64,000 nt of DNA, from the NCBI GenBank assembly GCA_964507275.1, contig CAZDPG010000001.1:86503-150502 (forward strand), in the 5' to 3' direction. Origin of the DNA: an uncultured Candidatus Saccharibacteria bacterium (GTDB taxonomy: Bacteria; Patescibacteriota; Minisyncoccia; Phycocordibacterales; Phycocordibacteraceae). Both the position numbers and the translations under genes were made by a program. Shown here piece after piece: positions 9,128 to 18,147 of this stretch. Below the pieces are notes generated by a model. That model was given only the letters and a program-made list of their open reading frames with translations, was not told where the DNA came from and ran no database searches. The stretch's first letter is position 1. Every line of letters starts with the position of its first letter.

Positions 9128-9796
9128 TTATCTTGTTCTTGAAGTCGTTGTCGCAAGCGCCCCCTTGGGGAATTGTTTCTCGAGGTCATCGAGCGAGGTA
9201 AATCCATACGATTGCTTGCCGTTTATGACGAACGCGGGAAGCTTGTTCTGCACCTTCATGACCGCTTCGAGTGTCTTCAGGGCACCGAGGTCGAGGTTGT
9301 AGTCGAAGGAGTAGACACGGAGTGATGGATACGTGGTGCGCAGGTATGAAAGCGCATAGCCAGCCTTGTCGCAATCGGCGCAGTCACCAGCATTGCTATA
9401 GAAATAGAGGACCGTCACCGGCTTCGTGCCGCAGGCTGCCGCGAGCTGCTTGGTGAGGAGATAGTCACGGATCTCAAGAAGGGAATAGCGTTCCTTCAGT
9501 CGCACGACCTGAGGGTTATCGATGCCGAGCTGGTCCTCGGCTGTTGCGAGCCGGCTACCGAGATCGGACAGCTCGCTTGCGAGCATCGTTGACGATGCTG
9601 CACTATCGCACGGTGTCGCAGCGAGGAGTGAGAGCTGTGTATCGAGCGAGAGAGTATCGATCGAGAGCTGGTCTTCTATTGCACCGAGCTCAGCGATACG
9701 GGCGCGATTAAGGTATCCGACAGCATACGCCACCGTGCCAGCGAGCACGATTGTGATGAAAAGCGATATAAGGACATTTCGAGTTACGAGAGACAT
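9128..9796 (-). CDS. membrane-anchored thioredoxin-fold protein with CxxC (CADC) motif
   Basis: N-terminal TM, a coiled region, then VLYFYSNAGDCADCDK...PAFVINGKQ, which is typical of thioredoxin/DsbA-like folds. Lies 10 nt downstream of the GT2 gene on the same strand. Confidence 0.45.
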   Translation of the reverse strand: MSLVTRNVLISLFITIVLAGTVAYAVGYLNRARIAELGAIEDQLSIDTLSLDTQLSLLAATPCDSAASSTMLASELSDLGSRLATAEDQLGIDNPQVVRLKERYSLLEIRDYLLTKQLAAACGTKPVTVLYFYSNAGDCADCDKAGYALSYLRTTYPSLRVYSFDYNLDLGALKTLEAVMKVQNKLPAFVINGKQSYGFTSLDDLEKQFPKGALATTTSRTR

Positions 9797-9806
9797 GTAT
9801 AGATAG

Positions 9807-11045
9807 TTATTCGCGCCATCCGCGTTCCTTACTGAGAGTCACGTCAGCGGTAGCACGCATGAGCCAGAGCGGTGCGACAAATCCATAGAGGAAGGTGTAG
9901 GAGATGAGACCGAGTACGATTTTCCCCGGAGTCTTGGAGATATATTTCCCGATAACGACGAAGGAGAGCGATATGAGCAATGTCGCGATGCTGAGGATAA
10001 GCAGGAAATCTACTGGCACGTAGAACCAGTCGAACGTACCGTGCGGGAGGAGCGCGTAGGAGAGCGGGATGCCCGCACGAACCTCAATGGCCGTAACGAG
10101 ACTCTGCGAAAGTTGGAAGAGCATAAGGAAGAAGACGAAGATGCCGCTGCCGATGGTGAGGACAGCGGTTGGAAGCACAAGCATGCCGAGGACGCCGTGT
10201 TTGGGTGAGCCGACGAGGTCGCGGTATTCACCGAGAACGTTACGGATGAATCCTGCGGTCCAGCGTGTGCGCTGCTTCACGAGCTTGGTGAGGGTATTCG
10301 GCGACTTGGTATAGACGCGCGCTCTCGGTGCGTTCTCTATCTCGTAGCCCGCACGCTGGATGCGGAGCGCCATTTCCATGTCTTCGGTCTGGTGCGCGTG
10401 ACGGAATGCGCCGAGTTCGTCGAGGATGCTGCGGCGGTAGAAAGAGAACGGTCCGGGAGTGACGTAGAGGCCGTTGATCGAGGCGAAGACGTGCCGGTAG
10501 GTGATACCGAAGGCATATTCGGCCGCCTGCATGTGCTGAAGCAGACTCTTGGGTTCATGTACCGACATGGCCGCAGTCACCGCCGCGACCTTCTCACGCT
10601 CAAAGCACGGAATGATCTCTTTGAGGGCATCCGGCTCGACGAAGGAATCGGCATCGAGGCAGCCGATGAACTCAGCCCCGGTGGAGGCGATACCGGCGTT
10701 CAGCGCGGTGTGCTTCCCGCCGTTCTCCTTGCGAATGATGCTCACGAGCGGATGGTCGGCGAAACGTGCCATAGCGAGAGGGGTAGCATCGGTCGATCCG
10801 TCGTCGACGAGGATTATCTCGAGCTTGTCTGAAGGGTAGTCAAGCGCAAGGAGCGATTCGCAGGTCGCGGCTATGGTCGTGGCTTCGTTCCAGCAGGGCA
10901 CGATGATAGCGACCGATGGTGCAGCTTCGCCCGGCCGTCTCGCCCGGCCGTCTCGCGCTGGCTTCGAGAGGAGTGTCACGAGGACGAACGACTCGAAGAA
11001 TATGGCGAGGAATATGAAAGGATACGTCAGCACCTCTGGGCTCAT
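9807..11045 (-). CDS. family-2 glycosyltransferase, processive synthase type (PgaC/IcaA/NodC/CesA-like)
   Basis: IIVPCWNE, DDGSTD, CLDAD, TED and QRTRW (QxxRW) motifs. TM helices at both the N and C termini. Confidence 0.75.
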   Translation of the reverse strand: MSPEVLTYPFIFLAIFFESFVLVTLLSKPARDGRARRPGEAAPSVAIIVPCWNEATTIAATCESLLALDYPSDKLEIILVDDGSTDATPLAMARFADHPLVSIIRKENGGKHTALNAGIASTGAEFIGCLDADSFVEPDALKEIIPCFEREKVAAVTAAMSVHEPKSLLQHMQAAEYAFGITYRHVFASINGLYVTPGPFSFYRRSILDELGAFRHAHQTEDMEMALRIQRAGYEIENAPRARVYTKSPNTLTKLVKQRTRWTAGFIRNVLGEYRDLVGSPKHGVLGMLVLPTAVLTIGSGIFVFFLMLFQLSQSLVTAIEVRAGIPLSYALLPHGTFDWFYVPVDFLLILSIATLLISLSFVVIGKYISKTPGKIVLGLISYTFLYGFVAPLWLMRATADVTLSKERGWRE

Positions 11046-11095
11046 GATGACGTAACTCTAGCACATTTCTCCTTTTTGCTGTTATATTTTGAGGC

Positions 11096-11833
11096 ATGAC
11101 TCAATCGGGCCGGTTGCACCCTATTTCCATCAGTATCCGCGAGATTGCGGACATATTCGGCCGCATGGGATTCGGCATCGCCTACGGACCGGAGCTCGAA
11201 GACGACTGGCATAACTTCACGGCGCTGAACGTCCCCGAGGACCATCCCGCGCGCGATATGCAGGACACCTTCTGGATCAAGGGAGAGCCGGGGAAGGTAT
11301 TGCGCACACATACGACCTCGGTCACGATGCGCGCGCTCGAGGAGATGGCGAAGACGGGGGCAACCGAAATGCGTCGTATTAATCCGGGCAAGGTCTTCCG
11401 CAACGAAGCGACTGATATGACGCATGAAGCGCAGTTCTATCAGCTCGATGGATTCGCTGTCGGGCCGACCGGCTCGGTGACGCTCGCTCACTTGAAGGGC
11501 ACGTTCGACACTTTCTATCGGGAATACTTCGGACCGAACACGAAAGTGCGCTTCCGCCCGAGCTTCTTCGGCTTCACTGAGCCGTCGGTCGAGATAGATG
11601 TGTGGTTCGAAGCACCAGGGAAGGAGGGGCGGTGGCTTGAGGTCGCGGGGGCGGGAATGCTTCATCCGAACGTGCTTCGGAACGCAGGACTCGATCCCGA
11701 GAAGGTACAGGGCTTTGCGTTCGGCGGCGGGCTTGAGCGGCTGATCATGGTGAAGTACGGTATACCCGACGTGCGCCTCTTCCACTCAGGCGATATCCGT
11801 TTCGTGTATGGGTTCGAGGAAAAGAAGATATGA
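11096..11833 (+). CDS. pheS: phenylalanine--tRNA ligase alpha subunit (minimal 245-aa form)
   Basis: Class II core motifs: HPARDMQDTFWI, RTHTTSVTMR, FRNEATDMTHEAQFYQLDG and GAGMLHPNVL. Lacks the usual N-terminal extension. Confidence 0.9.
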   Translation: MTQSGRLHPISISIREIADIFGRMGFGIAYGPELEDDWHNFTALNVPEDHPARDMQDTFWIKGEPGKVLRTHTTSVTMRALEEMAKTGATEMRRINPGKVFRNEATDMTHEAQFYQLDGFAVGPTGSVTLAHLKGTFDTFYREYFGPNTKVRFRPSFFGFTEPSVEIDVWFEAPGKEGRWLEVAGAGMLHPNVLRNAGLDPEKVQGFAFGGGLERLIMVKYGIPDVRLFHSGDIRFVYGFEEKKI

Positions 11834-13644
11834 AGATTTCGCGCGCATGGCTTCAGACCTATTTCGATACCCCTCTGCCTCCGGCAGAGAAGATAGCAGA
11901 TGCCTATACGTTCCACGCTTTTGAGATAGACGAGATGGAGGGCGACCTGATGGATGTAAAGGTGCTGCCGAATCGAGCGGCAGACTGCCTGAGCCATCGC
12001 GGACTCGCGAAGGAGCTCTCTGCGATACTCGACGTGCCGCTTGCGCATGACCCGCTTCGTGCCGTGATGTCTGATTTCGAGCGCACCGAGGCGCTCGCGG
12101 TCCGGATCGAGGACCCGAAGAAATGTCTGCGCTATATGGGAGCGCTCGTGAAGGGTGTGAAGGTGGGTCCGTCACCCGCATGGCTCACCGAGGCTCTCGA
12201 GGCGGTCGGGCAGCGTTCCATCAATAACGTCGTCGACGCGACGAATTACGTGATGCTCAATATAGGACAACCGCTCCATGCATTCGATGCGGCGAAGCTC
12301 AAGTCGGAGGACGGGACGTATGCCATTGGTGTACGCAGCGCGAAGGAGGGCGAGAAGATCACGACCTTGTCGGGCGAGGAATACGCGCTCACACCGAACA
12401 TCCAGATCGTCACTGATGCGCATGCAGATGCGCCTATCGCTCTTGCGGGTATAAAGGGAGGTAAAGCAGCAGAGCTCACGGCGGATACGGTCGACATCAT
12501 CGTGGAGTCAGCGAACTTCGACGGCACGACGACGCGCCGTGCGGCGCAAGCGCTCAAGCTCTTCACTGACGCCAGTCTGCGTTTCCAGAACCGCCCTTCG
12601 CCCGAGCTTGCGGCGTATGGCATGCGCGACGTACTCGCGATCATCGCTGACATCGCCGGCGGGGAAGTGGTAAGCGTGGTTGATGAATACCCGTCTCGCC
12701 CCGAGAGGAGTCGAGAGGTCTCCGTCTCGCTCTCAAAGATTAATAGTGTTCTCGGTTCAGATTTCTCCCATGAAGACGTCGCACAAGTATTCAAACGCCT
12801 CGGATTGGATACGGCAGTCGAAGAAGATGTCTTCACCGTCACGCCGCCTTTCGAGCGTACCGATCTCATCATCCCTGAAGATCTCATCGAAGAAGTCGGG
12901 CGCACGATTGGGTATGACCGTATCGTGTCACAGGAATTGTCAGCATCGGCAGTTGCACCTGACCAGGCGCGGTATCGCGGCATGGAGCGGATGAAGGACC
13001 AGCTCGTCGAGCAGGGCTTCATCGAAGTTTCGACGCAATCGTTTGCCAAGAAAGGCGATATCGCACTCGCGAACCCGCTCAATAAGGGAATGCCCGCATT
13101 GCGCACGAATCTCGAAGATAATCTGAAGTCGGCGCTTGAACAAGCGAAGCACTACGCGCCGCTCGTCCTTCTTCCAGGACAGAAGCCGAAGCTTTTCGAG
13201 ATTGGGACTGTCTTCCCGAAAGAGGGCGAGTTCGTCGAGCTCCGCATGACCGAGCGTGTACCGGCATGGGGTGAGAACGCAGGAACATCTGATAATCTCT
13301 CAGTCGCGAAGCTCGAGGAGTACGGGAAAGACTATGCGCCAGTGCGGTATGCGCTCGGTGCGTATCAGTCGTTCTCGAATTATCCGTTCATTGCCCGTGA
13401 TATTGCGCTCTGGGTGTCGAGTGATGTGGCGGAAAGCGATATTGAAAAGATAATTCATGAGCGTGCAACCGAGCTCCTCGTGCGCTTCGATCAGTTCGAT
13501 CGGTTTGAAAAAGAGGGGAGAGTGTCCTACGCCTTCCGGCTCGTGTTCCAGTCGATGGACCGCACGCTTACTGATGATGAAGTGAACGGCATCATGGACA
13601 CCATCTCCGCCTCACTCCGCGAGGCGGGGTACGAGGTGCGTTAG
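11830..13644 (+). CDS. pheT: phenylalanine--tRNA ligase beta subunit (short 604-aa form)
   Basis: N-terminal MKISRAWLQTYF (B1), a B3/B4 region and a B5-like segment. The ATGA start overlaps the pheS stop. Confidence 0.85.
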   Translation: MKISRAWLQTYFDTPLPPAEKIADAYTFHAFEIDEMEGDLMDVKVLPNRAADCLSHRGLAKELSAILDVPLAHDPLRAVMSDFERTEALAVRIEDPKKCLRYMGALVKGVKVGPSPAWLTEALEAVGQRSINNVVDATNYVMLNIGQPLHAFDAAKLKSEDGTYAIGVRSAKEGEKITTLSGEEYALTPNIQIVTDAHADAPIALAGIKGGKAAELTADTVDIIVESANFDGTTTRRAAQALKLFTDASLRFQNRPSPELAAYGMRDVLAIIADIAGGEVVSVVDEYPSRPERSREVSVSLSKINSVLGSDFSHEDVAQVFKRLGLDTAVEEDVFTVTPPFERTDLIIPEDLIEEVGRTIGYDRIVSQELSASAVAPDQARYRGMERMKDQLVEQGFIEVSTQSFAKKGDIALANPLNKGMPALRTNLEDNLKSALEQAKHYAPLVLLPGQKPKLFEIGTVFPKEGEFVELRMTERVPAWGENAGTSDNLSVAKLEEYGKDYAPVRYALGAYQSFSNYPFIARDIALWVSSDVAESDIEKIIHERATELLVRFDQFDRFEKEGRVSYAFRLVFQSMDRTLTDDEVNGIMDTISASLREAGYEVR

Positions 13645-13709
13645 TTTTATAGGAAAACAAGGATCCGCCAAGTGTCTTTCGACATGGCGGATTGAATTTC
13701 GAACGGTAA

Positions 13710-14114
13710 TCAGAGAGACCAGAGGATGGTCGGCCGCTTCGGGCCAAGAGACACGACTTTCATCGACCACCAGCTGGCGAACCGCACGTCCTGATGGAAG
13801 AGGCGGATGGAGGCTTTCGCGCCCGCGATGACGATTGGTATCGTCAGACTAAGGCTGAGCAATAAAGCCGTCCCCACCATGTCTTGTCCGTATACAGTGG
13901 TCTTGTCAACGGCGTAGCTGATTCCGGCCCAGAATACTGCAGTGAGCGTATAGACGAGGCCGAGAAGCAAGGTAAAAGGCTCGGCATCACAGTCTTCGTT
14001 CTTGAATCTCGAGATGAAGCCTCGTCCGGCTAGGGCGAAATAACAGAACATCGTGGCGAGAAGTAGCAGGACTCCCAGCGTCTCTATGGTAGCGAACAAG
14101 GTAAAAGCGTTCAT
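13710..14114 (-). CDS. small 4-TM membrane protein, hypothetical
   Basis: Hydrophobic profile only. Convergent with pheT. Confidence 0.4.
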   Translation of the reverse strand: MNAFTLFATIETLGVLLLLATMFCYFALAGRGFISRFKNEDCDAEPFTLLLGLVYTLTAVFWAGISYAVDKTTVYGQDMVGTALLLSLSLTIPIVIAGAKASIRLFHQDVRFASWWSMKVVSLGPKRPTILWSL

Positions 14115-14245
14115 AAGCGACTCCTTTCTTCGGTCTGTCAGATTGAACTTCCCGAGGCGAAGAATACCACAGACAAGTATCCTGTAAAGTCGTTGCGGGA
14201 GCGGCTAGAATCATTGATTTCGGGCAGGAAAATAAGGTCAATTCG

Positions 14246-14254
14246 TGCTATACT
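14246..14254 (+). promoter_or_regulatory. extended -10 element TGcTATACT upstream of gyrB
   Basis: TGCTATACT lies 27 nt before the gyrB ATG. The identical nonamer recurs upstream of nusB at 27971. Confidence 0.3.
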
Positions 14255-14280
14255 AAGGATACCGGAATCCGGCTATTTTT

Positions 14281-16347
14281 ATGGCTAAAACAAGCGAAAA
14301 AGAACCGAAACAGAAGGCGTACGACGCCTCTTCTATTACCGTCCTCGAAGGGCTAGAACCGGTCCGCAAACGTCCGGGCATGTACATCGGGACCACAGGT
14401 CCCGAAGGTCTCCATCATCTCGTGTGGGAGATCTTCGACAACGCGCGCGACGAGGCGATGGCCGGCCGCTGCGATGATATCGAAGTGGCGCTTCTGCCAG
14501 ACGGCTACGTGCGCGTCGCTGACAACGGCAACGGCATCCCGGTCGGTATCCACCCTAAGACGAAAGTCTCCGCACTTGAGACGATTATGACCGTGCTGCA
14601 TGCCGGTGGTAAGTTCGATAACGAGGCATACAAAGTTTCGGGCGGTCTGCACGGCGTCGGCGCCTCGGTGGTGAATGCGCTCTCTGAGCACACGAAGGTC
14701 GTCGTGCATCAGGACGGCGGCATGCACCTACAGGAATACAAGATCGGCAAGCCGCTCGCGAAGGTGAAGAAGGTCGGTACCTCCAAGGAGCATGGCACAA
14801 TCGTGCTCTTCAAGCCGGACATCACCATCTTCAAGGAAGGAGTCGTATACGATCTCGATAAGATCGTGACGCGTCTGCGCCAGCAGGCATATCTCGTGAA
14901 GGGCGTGCGCATTTCGGTCGTTGATGCGCGTACCGAGAAGAAGGGTTTCGAGACGGAGACTATTTTCCTGCGCGAGCAGAAGCTCGACGTCCCCTCGACC
15001 ACGTTCTACTTCGAGGGCGGACTGAAGTCGCTCGTCGCTTTCTATAATCGGCACCAAGCGCCTGTACATAAGAACATTTTCTATATCGATCGCGAGCAGG
15101 ACAAAGTGGCGGTCGAGGTCGCGCTCCAGTATGTCGATGACATAACTCCAAGGATCACCGCGTTTGCAAACAATATCTATAACAGCGAGGGAGGCACGCA
15201 CATCACCGGCTTCAAAACCGCGCTCACGCGCTCTCTGAATACCTACGGACGAGCGGCAAATATCCTGAAAGAGAAGGATGAGAACTTCACGGGCGACGAC
15301 GTGCTTGAGGGTATCACGGCGGTCGTGTCGGTGAAGCTTCCCGAAATCCAGTTCGAGGGACAGACGAAGGCAAAGCTCGGCTCGATGGAGGCACAGGGCG
15401 CCGTCGCTACTGTCTTCGGTGAAGCACTCGCAGCCTTCCTCGAAGAGAATCCAGACGATGCGCGCTCGATCATCAACAAAGTGCTCCTCGCACTGAAGGC
15501 GCGTAAGGCCGCGAAGGCCGCGAAGGACTCGGTGCTCCGTAAGGGTGCGCTCGAGGGTATGACGCTCCCGGGCAAGCTCGCTGACTGCCAGACCAAGAGT
15601 GCGGAGGAGAGCGAGATCTTCATTGTGGAAGGAGACTCGGCCGGTGGTACCGCGAAGATGGGTCGCGATCGCCGCACGCAAGCCATCCTTCCACTGCGCG
15701 GTAAGATCCTCAACGTCGAGCGCGCACGTATCGACAAGATGCTCGCTTCCGAACAGGTGCGCAATCTCGTGGTGGCGATGGGCACCGCTATCGGCGACGT
15801 GTTCGACCTCTCGAAGCTGCGCTACCACAAGATTATCATCGCGACCGACGCCGACGTCGACGGTGCGCACATCCGCACGCTCATCCTCACGCTCTTCTAT
15901 CGTCACTTCCGCGCGATACTCGATGGCGGGTTCGTATACATCGCGCAGCCGCCTCTCTATAAGATTTCGAAGGGAAAGACCGTCGTATATGCGTATTCCG
16001 ATCCTGAGAAGGAAAGAGCGCTCAAGGAACTGGGCGTCGCTCCGACAGAAGTAGCGGTCGTCGGCGAAGAAGAGGAACCTACTACGCTAGAAGCGGAAGA
16101 AGAGGTCGCAGCAGCAGTAAAGAAATCAGCGAAAGCGAGCGTACAGCGCTACAAGGGTCTCGGCGAAATGAATGCGAGCGAACTCTGGGAGACCACGATG
16201 GACCCGGCGCGTCGCGTGCTGAAGCAGGTGACCGTCGATGATGCTGAGGCTGCTGACCGCATCTTTGATATTCTCATGGGCACGGATGTCGCCGCGCGCA
16301 AGTCGTTCATCCAGTCAAACGCGAAGTTGGCGAATTTGGACGTATAG
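14281..16347 (+). CDS. gyrB: DNA gyrase subunit B (688 aa, no large C-terminal insertion)
   Basis: YDASSITVLEGLEPVRKRPGMYIG, GHKD ATPase N-domain, Toprim EGDSAGG and PLRGKILNVE. Confidence 0.9.
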   Translation: MAKTSEKEPKQKAYDASSITVLEGLEPVRKRPGMYIGTTGPEGLHHLVWEIFDNARDEAMAGRCDDIEVALLPDGYVRVADNGNGIPVGIHPKTKVSALETIMTVLHAGGKFDNEAYKVSGGLHGVGASVVNALSEHTKVVVHQDGGMHLQEYKIGKPLAKVKKVGTSKEHGTIVLFKPDITIFKEGVVYDLDKIVTRLRQQAYLVKGVRISVVDARTEKKGFETETIFLREQKLDVPSTTFYFEGGLKSLVAFYNRHQAPVHKNIFYIDREQDKVAVEVALQYVDDITPRITAFANNIYNSEGGTHITGFKTALTRSLNTYGRAANILKEKDENFTGDDVLEGITAVVSVKLPEIQFEGQTKAKLGSMEAQGAVATVFGEALAAFLEENPDDARSIINKVLLALKARKAAKAAKDSVLRKGALEGMTLPGKLADCQTKSAEESEIFIVEGDSAGGTAKMGRDRRTQAILPLRGKILNVERARIDKMLASEQVRNLVVAMGTAIGDVFDLSKLRYHKIIIATDADVDGAHIRTLILTLFYRHFRAILDGGFVYIAQPPLYKISKGKTVVYAYSDPEKERALKELGVAPTEVAVVGEEEEPTTLEAEEEVAAAVKKSAKASVQRYKGLGEMNASELWETTMDPARRVLKQVTVDDAEAADRIFDILMGTDVAARKSFIQSNAKLANLDV

Positions 16348-16363
16348 ATACAAAAAAAGAAAG

Positions 16364-16393
16364 CAGCGCCGAATCATACGGCGCTGTTTTTTA
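16364..16393. terminator. bidirectional intrinsic terminator between gyrB and the convergent gene
   Basis: CAGCGCCG-AATCATAC-GGCGCTG followed by TTTTTTATTT and preceded by an A-run. Confidence 0.6.
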
Positions 16394-16412
16394 TTTGAAA
16401 CACTCCGGTTCT

Positions 16413-17144
16413 CTATCCGGGAATCTGCTCGCGGGCCTGCTTGGCTTCCGCTACGATCCTTCTGGATTCATGAATCAACTGTTGCAGAGGTGCCGTTGCG
16501 GTCTCGAATCTCTCCTCCATCCCGGCGGCAGTCCTTCTCGCGATTTGCAACATATCGCTGTATTCCTTTTCAGGGAGTAACGACGTCTCAGTTGCGGGAT
16601 CTCTCATGTACTCCAAGAAATCCTCTTGGTCGCGTATCTGGGCCTGGAGCGCTAGGAAATGCTCTTGGCGCTTGATCTTGTATCGATCGTCGGCCTTCTC
16701 GTACGTCTCGCGCAGTCTGGCAAGGGATTTCTCGATCCTTGCCAAAGTCTCCTTCTTCATTCGCCGCGACATTTCCACTCGAGACTCGTGAAGGTGAAGT
16801 CCTGATTTCATGTCCTGCACCTCCCGAGAGAACTTCACGATGGCTGCCTCGCACATCGAGATGGTTATCTCCTCGCCGCGAATCATGGTATCGAGCTCTC
16901 TGCGGACGAGCTGCGGGTCCTTCCTCGCGACAAAGAACATGATGACCATACCCAAAGGGATGGCGGTCATGATTGCCGCAAGAAGAGCGAAGGGCCACAG
17001 CTTGCTGCCAATAGGATAGCCCAAGGCGGCCGCTATCATGATGGCTGAGAATACGAGCGCAAGCATCAAGACGAGCGGCACGAGTACTCGGATAGCGGCG
17101 GCCCGTCTCCCGGCTCGTTGCCGAGCTTCTTTCAGAACGTTCAT
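16413..17144 (-). CDS. membrane protein with cytoplasmic coiled-coil domain, hypothetical
   Basis: Two N-terminal TM helices, then a charged heptad-like region. No family recognised. Confidence 0.45.
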   Translation of the reverse strand: MNVLKEARQRAGRRAAAIRVLVPLVLMLALVFSAIMIAAALGYPIGSKLWPFALLAAIMTAIPLGMVIMFFVARKDPQLVRRELDTMIRGEEITISMCEAAIVKFSREVQDMKSGLHLHESRVEMSRRMKKETLARIEKSLARLRETYEKADDRYKIKRQEHFLALQAQIRDQEDFLEYMRDPATETSLLPEKEYSDMLQIARRTAAGMEERFETATAPLQQLIHESRRIVAEAKQAREQIPG

Positions 17145-17238
17145 GACAGTTTCCTTTCAAATCCAACAGTGAGGAATATCCTCACTTCCGTGGTCATATA
17201 TACAATACATGCAGACATAGTGTCAAATCTCTCTATAG

Positions 17239-17266
17239 AAAAACCCGATCATATGACCGGGTTTTT
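17239..17266. terminator. bidirectional intrinsic terminator
   Basis: AAAAACCCG-ATCATATGAC-CGGGTTTTT is a perfect 9-bp stem with A/T runs on both sides. Confidence 0.6.
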
Positions 17267-17298
17267 CTTACGTATGAGATTGCAGAGACAGGCTAGCG

Positions 17299-18066
17299 TT
17301 ACGATCCGAGGATGGTGATAGAGGTCGAGGCGGTATTGTTTGCCTTGCTCGATTCGGTGATGCCGCTGTCGAAGTTCGCGGTAATCGAGATGACTTTGTT
17401 CGTACCACTTATCGCCTGGTCGAAACCGAGTGTGTAGTCGATACTGTCTCCCGGGGCGAGCGTCTGCTGTGCAGGAGACTGATATACATAGGCGGTCTGT
17501 GTCGGGATAGATGCACTGAAGCGCCATGCGCCGCTCGCATTCGTGCCGACGTTCTTTACCGTGAAGCTGACTGCCGGACGGCTGCCGACCGGGACGGTCG
17601 AGCTTGCCACGAACGAGCTTGCTGAAGTCGTTGCGAGGTAGCCGATTTGGTTGATAGTCACAGAAAGGTCAGGGAGACCGGAGAGCGTCGCGGGTGAACC
17701 GCTGATCTCGGTGACGCTCGTGGTCTGTGCGCCGGCGACCGGCTTCACAGGCGTCGGGAGCGACGGCGTTTCATCCTCCGGAATATTTGTTACTGGTGTC
17801 GACGTAGCATCGCCAAACGGAATAGTCGTCGAAGCGGTGTCGATGACCGAGAGGGTAGGCTCGGCAGGAGTGAAGACTGAACCGAGATACACGGCAGCCG
17901 CACCCATGCGTCCGACTACCGACGGCACGAACTGTGTCGAGTAGATAGCAAGCCACATACCCGCACCTATAAGCGCGATGAACCCAACTATTGCGAGACC
18001 ATGCGTTGCCGCCTGGCGGGAAGGGAGGTCGTTTGCGTACATTTCCATATACTGAGTGTATAACAT
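17299..18066 (-). CDS. membrane-anchored Ser/Thr-rich surface protein with CARDB/Ig-like C-terminal domain
   Basis: N-terminal TM, a low-complexity T/S/P linker, then a C-terminal beta-rich segment (SFTVKNVGTNASGAWRFSASI...) typical of CARDB-like domains. Confidence 0.5.
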   Translation of the reverse strand: MLYTQYMEMYANDLPSRQAATHGLAIVGFIALIGAGMWLAIYSTQFVPSVVGRMGAAAVYLGSVFTPAEPTLSVIDTASTTIPFGDATSTPVTNIPEDETPSLPTPVKPVAGAQTTSVTEISGSPATLSGLPDLSVTINQIGYLATTSASSFVASSTVPVGSRPAVSFTVKNVGTNASGAWRFSASIPTQTAYVYQSPAQQTLAPGDSIDYTLGFDQAISGTNKVISITANFDSGITESSKANNTASTSITILGS

Positions 18067-18079
18067 GCCAATATTTTTA

Positions 18080-18134
18080 TGTCAAGTACCCGCGCAGAGG
18101 GGGACTTGACATATTAATTACAATGGTGTATTTA
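18080..18134 (+). promoter_or_regulatory. candidate sortase promoter (TTGACA-17-TATTTA) overlapped by an 8-bp inverted repeat
   Basis: TTGACA at 18106-18111, a 17-nt spacer, then TATTTA at 18129-18134. TGTCAAGT (18080-18087) and ACTTGACA (18104-18111) form an inverted repeat across the -35. Confidence 0.3.
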
Positions 18135-18147
18135 TGTATAAGACGAT

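Noticed and set aside
13660-13705. Imperfect hairpin ATCCGCCA...TGGCGGAT between convergent pheT and the small membrane gene.
   Set aside because: No adjacent T-run on either side. Weak as a terminator, so not called.
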